In this document: piece by piece, positions 20,046 to 29,796 of the stretch | Layout of the letters: each line of letters starts with the position of its first letter | How positions within the stretch are numbered: the first letter of the stretch is position 1 | NCBI GenBank assembly: GCA_043820105.1 | Contig: JBDREC010000010.1 | Location: forward strand, 1-64,000 | Length of the DNA: 64,000 bases | Reading direction: 5' to 3' | Source of the DNA: Pseudomonadota bacterium | GTDB taxonomy: Bacteria; Bdellovibrionota_F; JAHFAK01; JBDREC01 | Made by a program: the position numbers and the translations under genes | The notes under the pieces: generated by a model | Database searches by the model: none | The model's input: the letters and a program-made list of their open reading frames with translations, nothing else | Told to the model about the DNA's origin: nothing

Positions 20046-20215
20046 TTTCTTAACTCCAAAATCATCGTTTGTAAATAAAAAGAAAACAACTTTTTTCTTA
20101 TTTCCAGAAACGATTTTAATAATTAAACGAGCTTTCGACAAATGAAATATAAAGAGGCCTCTTAAGCTCTTTAAATAATAGCCTCTTAACAAAAACCTTT
20201 AAACCGTATTCAATG

Positions 20216-20231
20216 TGGCCTTAAATTTGCA
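20216..20231 (+). promoter_or_regulatory. sigma54 promoter motif
   Basis: TGGCCTTAAATTTGCA upstream of the 20277 gene. Confidence 0.65.
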
Positions 20232-20276
20232 AAGAAAAACTTTTTACAAAAAACAAACCATGGAGGATATTAAAAA

Positions 20277-20840
20277 ATGAAAAAAGTAAAAATAGTTTTA
20301 GCTAGCATCTTAATTTTATTTCTAGTTACATGGTCAATTTGCAAGGCAGAACAAATCGAAAGCTTAAACTTGCAGAATGCTAAGCTACCAGTTGAGATCA
20401 GTCAATGTGTCGAAAACCTAGCCATGGATTATTTAAATGATCTGGCAAGCTGGACAAGATCTTCACTAACTTTCTTGGAAGTTGATGAAGGTTTTAAAAC
20501 ACCAATGAAAGCATCTAAATTAAAAAAAAGAAAAAGCAATTTCGATGCTATTTTAAATTTTGAATCTGATGGAAGGTTTGTTTTATTTGATGATTACGCA
20601 GGAAGAATCAGGGAAGTCTCAATAATTGCCAGTTTAAATAACGTGGGAGTGATAAAAAAGGAAAATGAAATTAAAGGATTAATTTTTGATAAAAAACTAG
20701 GATTAAGCCTGGATATTTTCAGGCAATATAAACCTGAAGAAAAATCAAGATGTATCGTCGGAGAAAACACATCAATTGCTATTACAGGAAAAGAACTTAT
20801 CGAAGGCTGTGGTTTGAGTTATGTTGAGTTGATAGAATAG
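20277..20840 (+). CDS. Hypothetical secreted protein
   Basis: GGAGG RBS; signal peptide ending CKA. Confidence 0.75.
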   Translation: MKKVKIVLASILILFLVTWSICKAEQIESLNLQNAKLPVEISQCVENLAMDYLNDLASWTRSSLTFLEVDEGFKTPMKASKLKKRKSNFDAILNFESDGRFVLFDDYAGRIREVSIIASLNNVGVIKKENEIKGLIFDKKLGLSLDIFRQYKPEEKSRCIVGENTSIAITGKELIEGCGLSYVELIE

Positions 20841-20877
20841 ATAAGAATAATGACGTAGCATGTGCACGCTAATCTTA

Positions 20878-21207
20878 TTATAATAATATAACTTGAATAT
20901 GATTGAAAAAAACAAAAACATACATAAAAACTGAGAAATATGAAATAGCGTGAATAAATTTATGCTTTGAGTTTATATAGAGCAAAAAACAACCTAACAT
21001 TGGAATTAAGTTTTTAATATAAATGAATAAAAATAGATCTAAATCTAGCAAAGTTTTCATTAAAGGATTAAGCTCAATTCCAAAACCAGATTTGAGAATA
21101 AAAATAGTGAGAATAATATCAAGAAAGTTAAGGAAAAGAATGATTCTTAATGTTTTTTTAATACTTGTTCTCAATTTAATAACCTCAAAATTAAATTCAA
21201 TATACAT
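20878..21207 (-). CDS. Small membrane protein (DUF5658-like)
   Basis: LNFLDIILT...GIELNPLM...K motif with about 3 TM segments; start uncertain. Confidence 0.6.
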   Translation of the reverse strand: MYIEFNFEVIKLRTSIKKTLRIILFLNFLDIILTIFILKSGFGIELNPLMKTLLDLDLFLFIYIKNLIPMLGCFLLYINSKHKFIHAISYFSVFMYVFVFFNHIQVILL

Positions 21208-21362
21208 ATTTACAAGTTTCGTGCCACAGGGACCCCAAGGCTAAGCGATTGTTATGTTTAGATTAATCTAACTATGAATAACTTATGGAACAGGAAAAAT
21301 GGCGAGACTTTGCTCGTTTTTTTCGTGAATTTGCTCATATGAGAAGTTTTGATTTAGAGACT

Positions 21363-21390
21363 AAAAAAGCCGGCTAACCCTAGCCGGCTT
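21363..21390 (-). terminator. Intrinsic terminator
   Basis: AAGCCGGCTA-GGGT-TAGCCGGCTTTTTT on the minus strand. Confidence 0.85.
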
Positions 21391-21431
21391 ATATATTTCT
21401 TTTTCAAGGAGGAGGAATATGAAAAAGCTAT
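21363..21431 (-). ncRNA. Candidate sigma54-dependent small RNA with anti-SD seed
   Basis: Lies between a TGGCAC-N5-CTGCA promoter and a GC hairpin plus U6; contains CUUUUUCAUAUUCCUCCUCCUU. Confidence 0.6.
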
Positions 21432-21442
21432 TAAGATGCTAT

Positions 21443-21458
21443 TGCAGGAGGCGTGCCA
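21443..21458 (-). promoter_or_regulatory. sigma54 promoter motif
   Basis: TGGCACGCCTCCTGCA on the minus strand. Confidence 0.75.
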
Positions 21459-21707
21459 AAACAACGCATCCCAAATAAACACTTAATTTTAAGACATTAC
21501 AAAACAACGCACAAAAACAGTCTTTGTAGTCGAGACAATATTATCTCTATTAAACAAGGATTATTACTAATCTGTGACATGACTGTCCCAGAAAAAAAAT
21601 GATTAAGATTGGGATGTTTAAAAAAGCTAATATATTGACTAAAATAGTATTAAATGGGACATGAGCGAAACAGTTTGAACTCAGTGTTTAATATTTAGTT
21701 TTTTCCT

Positions 21708-21738
21708 CACTGAATACCAAATACTGAATACCGAATAC
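21708..21738. repeat. Heptamer repeat (GAATACY)n, reverse complement of the 19931 array unit
   Basis: CACTGAATACCAAATACTGAATACCGAATAC. Confidence 0.75.
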
Positions 21739-21768
21739 AATAATAATCGCATAGAAAAGGAGCACCAG

Positions 21769-22965
21769 TTGGAATTTATAGCTGATTTTCATATACATTC
21801 GCATTATTCAATTGCAACTAGCAAAAACCTAGTGCCAGAGGAACTAAATAGGTGGGGAAAAATTAAAGGAATAGATGTAATTGGTACTGGAGACTGCATT
21901 CATCCAGGCTGGCAAGCGGAATTAAAAGAAAAGCTTAAACCAAGTGAAAATGGATTGTTTCAACTAAAGAAAAATCATCAAAGCTACTTTATGCTAACAG
22001 GTGAAATTTCCAGTATCTATAAAAAAAATGGAAAATGCAGAAAAAATCATAATATATGCGTTTTTCCAGATTTCAAATCTGCCAAAAAAGTATCAAAGAA
22101 ACTAGATAAAATTGGAAATATTAATTCAGATGGTCGGCCGATTTTAGGTCTTGATTCAAAAAATCTTTTGGAAATTGTCCTTGAATCATCTGAAAAAGCG
22201 TTTTTGATTCCAGCCCACATTTGGACTCCATGGTTTTCATTATTTGGATCAAAATCAGGCTTTGATACTATTGAAGAATGCTTTGAAGATTTAACTGCTG
22301 AAATATTTGCTCTTGAAACAGGGCTTTCAAGCGATCCTGAAATGAACCGATATTTATCAAGCCTTGATCGCTATACGCTTGTTTCAAATTCAGATGCTCA
22401 TTCTTGTGAAAAACTTGGAAGAGAAGCAAATCTTTTTGATACTGATCTTAGCTATGATGGAATCTATAATTCTTTAAAAACTAAGACCGGTTTTAAGGGA
22501 ACAATTGAATTTTTCCCAGAAGAAGGAAAATATCACCTTGATGGCCACAGAAAATGTGGAATAGCATGGACTCCAGAAGAAACCAAAAAACACAAAGGGA
22601 TTTGTCCAGTATGTAATAAAGAAGTTACAAAGGGTGTTTTATACAGAGTCATGGAATTAGCTGACAGAAAGAAATCCGAAAAGCTTGAAGAATTTAAATC
22701 AATAACATCCCTTGCATCACTACTTGCACAAACCCTAAACAAAAAAAATCCTTCTTGCAAAACCGTGCAAAATAAATATTTTGAATTAATAGAAAAACTA
22801 GGTTCAGAGTTTCATATTCTATTAAATGAAGATATTGAAAACATAAAAGAAGCTGGTGAAGAAAAGCTAGCTTTAGGAATTTATAATTTAAGAAACAAGA
22901 AAGTAATAATTAAGCCGGGCTTTGATGGTGAATTTGGTAAAGTAAGTGTATTCGAAAACAATTAG
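21769..22965 (+). CDS. Endonuclease Q family protein (PHP domain plus Zn finger)
   Basis: DFHIHSHYS, PAHIWTPWFS, ETGLSSD, SNSDAHS, GKYHLDGHRKC, CPVC, PGFDGEFG. Confidence 0.9.
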   Translation: MEFIADFHIHSHYSIATSKNLVPEELNRWGKIKGIDVIGTGDCIHPGWQAELKEKLKPSENGLFQLKKNHQSYFMLTGEISSIYKKNGKCRKNHNICVFPDFKSAKKVSKKLDKIGNINSDGRPILGLDSKNLLEIVLESSEKAFLIPAHIWTPWFSLFGSKSGFDTIEECFEDLTAEIFALETGLSSDPEMNRYLSSLDRYTLVSNSDAHSCEKLGREANLFDTDLSYDGIYNSLKTKTGFKGTIEFFPEEGKYHLDGHRKCGIAWTPEETKKHKGICPVCNKEVTKGVLYRVMELADRKKSEKLEEFKSITSLASLLAQTLNKKNPSCKTVQNKYFELIEKLGSEFHILLNEDIENIKEAGEEKLALGIYNLRNKKVIIKPGFDGEFGKVSVFENN

Positions 22966-23002
22966 ATAATTTTAACTTACCACTTATAACAAGGAGACCA
23001 AA

Positions 23003-23971
23003 ATGTACTACCCAACTCATAGATCCAGAAGACTAAGACAAAATGAAACAATTAGACGTTTTGTAAGAGAAACAAAACTTACAGTTGACGACCTGGTAAT
23101 GCCTATTTTTATGGTTCACGGCAAAGATAAAATAGAGCCAATTTCATCAATGCCAGGAATTAATCGCTTCAGCATTGATAAAGTTGACGATGAGATTAAA
23201 AAAATAAGCTCACTAGAAATCCCAGCTGTAATTCTATTTGGAATCCCAGAAACTAAAGATGAGTGTGGCTCAGGAGCATATGCTGAAAATGGTATAATCC
23301 AAGAAAGCATCAAGAAAATTAAGGATCTTGCCCCAGATCTTTTAGTAATCGCTGATTTATGCTTATGCGAATACACAAGCCATGGTCACTGTGGTCTAAT
23401 TAAAGATGGTAAAATTCTTAATGATGAAAGCTTAGAAATCCTAGCTAGAACTGCGATAAGCCAGGCGAAAGCGGGAGCTGATATCATAGCACCTTCAGAC
23501 ATGATGGATGGAAGAATAGCTGCCTGCAGAGAAGCCCTTGATGGAGAAGGTTTTTCAGACAAGCTGATTTTATCCTATGCAGCAAAATATGCTTCCTCTT
23601 TCTATGGACCATTTAGAGAGGCAGCTGAAGGAGCTCCACAATTTGGTGATAGAAAAAGCTATCAAATGGATTTTTGCAATAGCCATGAAGCAATTAAAGA
23701 AATCCATCAGGACATTGAAGAAGGTGCTGACATGCTAATGATCAAACCTGCCCTTCCTTACCTAGATATTATAGCAAAAGCAAAAGCTGAGACAGTCTTG
23801 CCACTAGGCGCCTATAATGTAAGCGGTGAATATTCAATGATAATGGCGGCAGCTGAAAAAGGCTGGCTAGACCTTGAAAAAGCAAGCTTTGAAGCGGTTA
23901 CATCCATAAAAAGAGCTGGAGCTGATTTTATTATCACTTACTTTTCAAAATATTTAGCTGAAAAGATATAA
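23003..23971 (+). CDS. hemB: Porphobilinogen synthase
   Basis: [43 protein letters not shown]. Confidence 0.97.
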   Translation: MYYPTHRSRRLRQNETIRRFVRETKLTVDDLVMPIFMVHGKDKIEPISSMPGINRFSIDKVDDEIKKISSLEIPAVILFGIPETKDECGSGAYAENGIIQESIKKIKDLAPDLLVIADLCLCEYTSHGHCGLIKDGKILNDESLEILARTAISQAKAGADIIAPSDMMDGRIAACREALDGEGFSDKLILSYAAKYASSFYGPFREAAEGAPQFGDRKSYQMDFCNSHEAIKEIHQDIEEGADMLMIKPALPYLDIIAKAKAETVLPLGAYNVSGEYSMIMAAAEKGWLDLEKASFEAVTSIKRAGADFIITYFSKYLAEKI

Positions 23972-23978
23972 ACCTTAA

Positions 23979-24530
23979 TTAAATATTTTCCTGCAAGTAC
24001 AAGTCCCCAACAACAATACCTTCTACAATAAAGAAATGATCTTTACTTTCAACTGTAAAATTATAAACGACTCCATTATAAGCAAAAGAATTAATCTGCT
24101 TGATTCTCACAACACGGCCATCATATCCAAATAATTCATCTGATAAATTTAAATCTTCAACTAAAACAATATCTCCATTAAATAAAAGTAAAGGATGCTT
24201 TTTTGTTAGCATAATTTTTTTTCCATTATCAAGTTCGATATTTACAATGCTTTTAACTGTAAAAGCCTGACTTTGATATTTTTCAAGTATAGCACTTTCC
24301 TTAAGTGAAAATTCATCAGTGCCAAACACAGGAACAAAAATCGAAAAAGAAGCCATTTCATCAAATAAATCCCCTGCCTTTAAAAATCTTATTTGATCAT
24401 TTTCATTATTCCTTACCATAATTTTGCTGTCTGGGTGAAAACAGCTTGTGTTAATCACAAGCGAATATGCATTTACAAAGATTAAAACTGTAGCCAATAC
24501 AATAGCAAAAAAAACATTTTTAAAATTCAT
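23979..24530 (-). CDS. Secreted stand-alone Hint-domain protein
   Basis: Signal peptide then SCFHPDSKI (block A), LTKKHPLL (block B), VYNFTV...HFFIVEGIVVGD. Confidence 0.8.
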   Translation of the reverse strand: MNFKNVFFAIVLATVLIFVNAYSLVINTSCFHPDSKIMVRNNENDQIRFLKAGDLFDEMASFSIFVPVFGTDEFSLKESAILEKYQSQAFTVKSIVNIELDNGKKIMLTKKHPLLLFNGDIVLVEDLNLSDELFGYDGRVVRIKQINSFAYNGVVYNFTVESKDHFFIVEGIVVGDLYLQENI

Positions 24531-24585
24531 CTTTTTCTCCTTTTTAAATTATTTAATACTATGGAAAACGTAAGACTTTTGATAT

Positions 24586-24601
24586 AGCAAGCTCCATGCC
24601 A
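24586..24601 (-). promoter_or_regulatory. sigma54 promoter motif
   Basis: TGGCATGGAGCTTGCT on the minus strand, upstream of the Hint gene. Confidence 0.7.
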
Positions 24602-24803
24602 AAGTGCCAAAACATCTAATTCGTTTAATTTCAGCTAGTAATAAAATCGAATTTTTTGTTAAAAATAATTTTATCAAAATAGCAACATTCTACATTTCAA
24701 AATTGCAAATTTAGTTTTTTTCCAAAATGATAAACAGTTTTTCGATAATGATAACTTCTAACAACACCATATCGTAACCATTTGTTTTTATTGGTTTTGA
24801 GTT

Positions 24804-24819
24804 TGGCACAAAAAATGCA
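24804..24819 (+). promoter_or_regulatory. sigma54 promoter motif
   Basis: TGGCACAAAAAATGCA. Confidence 0.65.
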
Positions 24820-24832
24820 TATATTTTTAAAT

Positions 24833-25103
24833 GAGGCTGTTGAGAAATTGATAAGTCATTGATCTTTGGCAAGAAAATAAGATTGAAAAAGCCCTAGTTT
24901 TTAATATAGTTGATATTACTAATTATTAACTACAGACCAGGGCTTAAGTATGAATATATCTAAAAGTCATAAGAAACTGGATATATCGGAAGATGAGAGA
25001 TGTTCCCAATTGGTTAAGGAAAATACGTTCCGGCATAGAGCGCAAGTTTGGAGAAGGGAAGTTGAAGCACGGAATGAGAAGAACGAGATACAGAGGACAT
25101 TAA
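24833..25103 (+). mobile_element. IS5/IS1182-like remnant (left end plus transposase C-terminal fragment)
   Basis: End-like GAGGCTGTTGAGAAA; 25011-25103 translates WLRKIRSGIERKFGEGKLKHGMRRTRYRGH. Confidence 0.7.
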
Positions 25104-25145
25104 AATAAACCAACTCGTATGAGAGGTTTATAAAAATAATATTTT

Positions 25146-25270
25146 GAGATTGTTGATAAATTAGTGGATAGCAAGGCGGTCGATGAAAATTTACTTGAGG
25201 CGTACTACTGTACGTCGAAAGTTAATTTTTAGCGGCCAACGCAGCTAGCCGCTAATTTTGCAACAATCTC
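25146..25270. mobile_element. MITE-like element with about 27-bp terminal inverted repeats
   Basis: GAGATTGTTGATAAATTAGTGGATAGC ... GCTAGCCGCTAATTTTGCAACAATCTC, with internal dyad CGTAC..GTACG. Confidence 0.75.
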
Positions 25271-25363
25271 GCAAAAGATTCTGGGGCAACAGCTTGTTTT
25301 GCTCCAAGCATCTCGATAGATGAACTAAAGACAAGGATCGAGGCTGATATAAAGTTAAACTAA
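25271..25363 (+). pseudogene. 3' remnant of a receiver-domain-like gene
   Basis: AKDSGATACFAPSISIDELKTRIEADIKLN*, starting exactly at the MITE end. Confidence 0.45.
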
Positions 25364-25377
25364 AAAGGAGTTAATTT

Positions 25378-25791
25378 TTGCATAAAAATGATTTTAAAAA
25401 AATCACCAAAAAACTTTTTCATGATATTAATAAACCAATTATTAATGCCTATATGGTCATTAGTACTTGTTATAAATTAATGAACAAGTTAAGTTCCAAT
25501 GGACTAAATGATCTTTTGTCAGAACAATTTACCGAACTTAGAAGAATTACTCAAAAACAATCCTTAAAACTTGAAAATATCTATGATGTTTTAAATCAGC
25601 AAGAAACAAAATATTTAGAAAGCACATATAAAAGATATACGTCTCAATTTTCTTTTTTAAATGATTTAATAACAAATAATAATTTTGATAATCTCCTTTC
25701 TGAAGAGCTTATTAATAAGCTCTCTTCAATAGACAAAGAAAACACCAAATTCGCTTTAAATATTATTAAATCTATCAACGATGATGTTTAA
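25378..25791 (+). CDS. Small helical protein with a histidine-kinase H-box-like motif
   Basis: AAGGAG RBS; LFHDINKPI; no ATPase domain. Confidence 0.55.
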   Translation: MHKNDFKKITKKLFHDINKPIINAYMVISTCYKLMNKLSSNGLNDLLSEQFTELRRITQKQSLKLENIYDVLNQQETKYLESTYKRYTSQFSFLNDLITNNNFDNLLSEELINKLSSIDKENTKFALNIIKSINDDV

Positions 25792-25814
25792 TTTCTTTTT
25801 GGGAGTAAATAAAA

Positions 25815-27203
25815 ATGGACAAAAAGAAAACAATTTTAGTAATTGATGATGACAATGCTCTTAGAAGATCTATATGCCTAATCTTAGGTGAGCTTTATCA
25901 AACAATAGAAGCTATTGATTATGAATCATCTCTTTCTAAAATTAATAGCTATGAAATTGATTTAGTTATTTTAGACTTAAATTTTGATGAAGAAAAAAAT
26001 GGAATAGATGTCCTGAAATATATTAAATCAAAAGACAAAACTACTCCTATTATAATATTATCATCAATTACAGAAACCGAAAAAGTTGTTGAATGCATTT
26101 CCCTGGGTGCTTTTGATTACATAACAAAATCAGTTGAAACCCTTGAGCATGATCTTTTACTTAGAATTGAAAAAGCACTAAAAACAGCCAAAACCCTTCG
26201 CAGTTTTGAAAGCATGAGAATTGAGTTTAAGGATAAATATGAAATAATTTCTCAAAACAAGATAATCTTAGAGATAATGAAAGAAATACAATACATTGAT
26301 GATATGAATCTTTTAATTGAAGGTGAAACAGGCGTTGGAAAAACCCCCATTGCACGCTATACAAACTCCTGCCTTTCAAATGGTGTAAAACGACCTTTTG
26401 TGAGAGTGAATTGCGCAGGCTTATCAAGAGAAAGACTTCAAGACATATTATTTGGGCACAAGAAAGGTGCGTACACAGGAGCTGAATCTGACCTGCAAGG
26501 CCTTGTAGAACTAGCAAAAGATGGCGACTTATTTCTAGACGAAATTGGTGATTTGAATTTCGAATGCCAGGCCGAACTTTTAATGTTTCTAGATTGTGGT
26601 GAATACCGTCGCTTAGGAGATCCAATTGTTAGACATTCTAATTGCAGAATTATTTCAGCCACAAACTATTCATTAAAAAGAAGGGTTATTGAAGGCAAAT
26701 TTAGACAAGATCTTTATTCAAGGCTTTCGCCATGCAAGGTACGGATTCCCGCCTTAAGAGAAAGAAAAGAAGATATCATTCCAATTATGGAATACTATAT
26801 CATGCAGTTCTGTGGTTTTTTAAAACCCGTGACTACTTCTGTTAAAGATCTTTTTCTAAAAAATGATTGGCTTGAAGGAAATGTTAGAGAACTAAAAGAC
26901 GCGGTTCAATATATGTGTCAAAAATCAAAACAAGCTGAACAAATAAATATAGAACATCTAAGCCCAATTTATTTTTTAGAAAACAAAAATATCGCCAAGC
27001 TAAACTCTCAAGATTTTAACATGCATTCTGTTAAGGAAGACGTTATGATAAAAGGCTTAGACACATATCTTGATGCAATTGAAAGACAGGTGCTTGAAGA
27101 AATATCGCAAGGTGAAAGAAGTATAAGATCCTTAGCAATGAAATTAAATGCAGTTGAAGTTACTTTGTATCGGAAGTTTAAAAAACATGGCCTGACAATT
27201 TAA
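25815..27203 (+). CDS. sigma54-dependent response regulator (NtrC family)
   Basis: Receiver (VIDDD, ILDL), GETGVGKT, LFGHKKGAYTGA, LFLDEIGD, FRQDLYSRL, GNVREL, C-terminal HTH. Confidence 0.93.
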   Translation: MDKKKTILVIDDDNALRRSICLILGELYQTIEAIDYESSLSKINSYEIDLVILDLNFDEEKNGIDVLKYIKSKDKTTPIIILSSITETEKVVECISLGAFDYITKSVETLEHDLLLRIEKALKTAKTLRSFESMRIEFKDKYEIISQNKIILEIMKEIQYIDDMNLLIEGETGVGKTPIARYTNSCLSNGVKRPFVRVNCAGLSRERLQDILFGHKKGAYTGAESDLQGLVELAKDGDLFLDEIGDLNFECQAELLMFLDCGEYRRLGDPIVRHSNCRIISATNYSLKRRVIEGKFRQDLYSRLSPCKVRIPALRERKEDIIPIMEYYIMQFCGFLKPVTTSVKDLFLKNDWLEGNVRELKDAVQYMCQKSKQAEQINIEHLSPIYFLENKNIAKLNSQDFNMHSVKEDVMIKGLDTYLDAIERQVLEEISQGERSIRSLAMKLNAVEVTLYRKFKKHGLTI

Positions 27204-27233
27204 AATACAGGGCTCAGGACTCAGAAATCAGGA

Positions 27234-29006
27234 TTATTTTATTACTGGAAGTTGTTTGTGATATTCTGGTTTTATATAATATTCAATCCAAGGTTTAATA
27301 GAAAATTTAGACCCTGTTTTTACTTCAACGTATTCTTTCCAGGGAAAGAGATTTTCGTCTGTTAAAAATTCTTTGTTTAGAACTGGACCAAGCTTTTTCT
27401 GACCATAATAATCATTTTCTTTAATATCTATTCCTAGCTTATTAGCGATGGCAGTACCTAAAGAAACATTTATTATGTAACCTAAAGCATATTCAGAATA
27501 TTCAAGTGCGACCTTATTATAAGTAACTGTATGATATTTTGCTAAGGCATCAGGATTTGTCCAGCCTTTGGGTTTATCTAGAAGTTGATATTTCTTTTTA
27601 AGCTGCCACCAAAGATTATTTATGTTTTGATTTGGATTTTCATAAAGCAGTCTTTCAAAGTAATACATTACACTGCACCATCTTAAAAAAACAAGCTGAT
27701 CAATATAATCACTTAGCTTACTTGTTTCTTGTATTTTAGCAATTTCTTCATCTGTTGCCCCAATGCGCTTTAACCAAGACTTGGTAACTGTTTGTTTTTC
27801 AAAAAGCATCGCAAAAGCTTCAGCAATTTGCCCCTTTCCTTCCTTCATGTTTAATGGAACTTCATCTGAGGCAAGAGATGCATCATAATCAAAGTCATGA
27901 ACAAGCTCATGGACCAGAGTCAAAGCATCCTCTGCACTTGGATATTTAGGAGCCTTTGGTAAATTCATATATAAAACTGATGATGGCTTTCTTGGATCTA
28001 GATACCAAGCAGCTGCATGTGGAGATTTTCCTTCTGCTGGATACAAAGAACTTCTTTCTAAAGAGGGTTCAGCATCAAGGCCGATTGAAGCATAAAAATC
28101 AACAACAAGCTTTATGACATCTTCACTTGTTTTATCTTTATAATACTCATCTAAATCAACACCTTGAAAAACACTAGAAGGAACCGCTTGAAAATAAGGG
28201 TTTTTATAATGCCAGGGCCTAAGTTCTGATTTCGTTATTCCATAGTGTTTTGCTAAGTTTACATCAATGAATTCTTCTTTAACATATTTAAATTGTTCTT
28301 TAGTTGCCTCATAAATATCCTCATAAAATCGATCAAGTTCTTTTATACTTATTCCCAATATATCAGCAGATAAATAAGCATAGTTTTTATAGCCAAGTGA
28401 TTTAGCAATTTCATTTCTAATTTTAATTAATTCAATATAATCTTTTTCAATATCTTTTCCTCTAATCTTTGACGCCTTCCATGCATTTTCAAGTTCAGCA
28501 GAATCCATGCTTTCTGATAAAATTTTTGACAGGTCAGAGTTTGTAACTTTTTTTCCATCTAAAACAGGTGAGTAATCATTAAAGGTTTTAATACATTTTT
28601 TTTCTAAGGCAGTAAATTTTTTCAAGAGATCTTTCGGAACTTGATTTACTAGATGATCAAAATACAAAACCTCGACATTTCTCTTGATAGCGCGATCTTT
28701 GATAAGACTAATGTTATTATAATAATTTTTTAAGGCTAAAAAATTTTCTATATTATTATTTAAAAGTCTTAATCCAAGCTCTGCTTCTTCATATTTTTTT
28801 GAATATTCTTCTTTGCCTTCTGTTGCAGATTTAAACCAATAATTGAGTTGATCCATATGAAGTGGCACATATTCTTTTAGATAATTATCGATAAAAGCCT
28901 TTGCTTGTCTTTCTATTTCTGGTTTTTCTTGAACCTTTTTGGCAGCACATGATGTAAAAATTATCATTGATGTAATAACTAAAAAATATACTCCTAATTT
29001 CTCCAT
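27234..29006 (-). CDS. M2/M3-like zinc metallopeptidase lipoprotein
   Basis: Lipobox FTSC; HELVH plus EAFAMLF; LRPWHY; WW..KKKYQ. Confidence 0.8.
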   Translation of the reverse strand: MEKLGVYFLVITSMIIFTSCAAKKVQEKPEIERQAKAFIDNYLKEYVPLHMDQLNYWFKSATEGKEEYSKKYEEAELGLRLLNNNIENFLALKNYYNNISLIKDRAIKRNVEVLYFDHLVNQVPKDLLKKFTALEKKCIKTFNDYSPVLDGKKVTNSDLSKILSESMDSAELENAWKASKIRGKDIEKDYIELIKIRNEIAKSLGYKNYAYLSADILGISIKELDRFYEDIYEATKEQFKYVKEEFIDVNLAKHYGITKSELRPWHYKNPYFQAVPSSVFQGVDLDEYYKDKTSEDVIKLVVDFYASIGLDAEPSLERSSLYPAEGKSPHAAAWYLDPRKPSSVLYMNLPKAPKYPSAEDALTLVHELVHDFDYDASLASDEVPLNMKEGKGQIAEAFAMLFEKQTVTKSWLKRIGATDEEIAKIQETSKLSDYIDQLVFLRWCSVMYYFERLLYENPNQNINNLWWQLKKKYQLLDKPKGWTNPDALAKYHTVTYNKVALEYSEYALGYIINVSLGTAIANKLGIDIKENDYYGQKKLGPVLNKEFLTDENLFPWKEYVEVKTGSKFSIKPWIEYYIKPEYHKQLPVIK

Positions 29007-29102
29007 GATACTCTTTCCTTATAATAAAATTACAAATATTATTTTTAATATCTATCAATTCATTTAAAAGTCAAGAATCCTAAAAAATTAGATCCAATAT
29101 TA

Positions 29103-29687
29103 TTAGTTTTCAAGTTCACCATTGGTGTAGTGGCGAGAACAAAGGGCGATATAAGATTCATTCCCGCCGATTTGAATTTGCTCACCTTCTGAAGTAACTT
29201 TACCATCAACAATTCTTGCATTCATTGTGGCTTTTTTTCCGCACCAACAAATTGTTTTGAGCTCTTCAATGGCATCAGCCCAGGCAAAAAGCCAGCGACT
29301 ACCTTCAAATAAATTGGCTTGAAAATCAGTTCTTAAACCATAGCAAATAACAGGGGTTTCATATTTATTTACGATAAGTCTTAGCTGCCTTACTTGCTCT
29401 TTTCTTAGAAATTGACTTTCATCAACTAAAACACAACCAACTTTTTTATCTTTAGCAAAGTAATTATCTGTAAAATCAGAAAAAAAATCAGTTTCAGCAT
29501 TAAAAGTTGAAGATTTCATTGAAATGCCTGTTCTAGATGTGATTTGTGCTTCTCCATATCGAGTATCAAGACTAGAATTGTACAGCACAACAGGCATTCC
29601 TCGTTCTTCATAATTATAAGCTACTTTAATTAAATCAAGAGACTTTCCAGCACCCATGGCTGAATAGCGGAAGTAAAGTTTAGACAT
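29103..29687 (-). CDS. tdk: Thymidine kinase
   Basis: YSAMGAGKS, VDESQFL, YGLRTDF, KTICWCG, IGGNESY. Confidence 0.96.
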   Translation of the reverse strand: MSKLYFRYSAMGAGKSLDLIKVAYNYEERGMPVVLYNSSLDTRYGEAQITSRTGISMKSSTFNAETDFFSDFTDNYFAKDKKVGCVLVDESQFLRKEQVRQLRLIVNKYETPVICYGLRTDFQANLFEGSRWLFAWADAIEELKTICWCGKKATMNARIVDGKVTSEGEQIQIGGNESYIALCSRHYTNGELEN

Positions 29688-29702
29688 TTTGATTCTCCAT
29701 GT

Positions 29703-29740
29703 TGCGTACAGTGTACAGCTAGCTGCGTACAGCGTACAGC
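29703..29740. repeat. Heptamer repeat (GCGTACA)n
   Basis: TGCGTACAGTGTACAGCTAGCTGCGTACAGCGTACAGCG. Confidence 0.7.
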
Positions 29741-29758
29741 GAAAAAAATGGTTATGAT

Positions 29759-29783
29759 GTCATCCTGAATTTATATCAGGATC
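29759..29783. repeat. Short REP-like palindrome
   Basis: GTCATCCTGA-ATTTATA-TCAGGATC. Confidence 0.55.
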
Positions 29784-29796
29784 CATTTAATTCAAA

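Noticed and set aside
19884-20192. 103-aa N-terminal extension of LeuS
   Set aside because: It is translated tandem repeat (NTEYRIP, TREQENK); the RBS sits before ATG 19883
21211-21226. sigma54-like motif upstream of the DUF5658-like gene (a similar one is near 49944)
   Set aside because: The -12 element is GT rather than GC; not counted
21419-21478. Plus-strand 19-aa ORF MKKLLRCYCRRRAKTTHPK with a perfect RBS
   Set aside because: Better explained as the antisense image of the sRNA seed and promoter; not fully excluded
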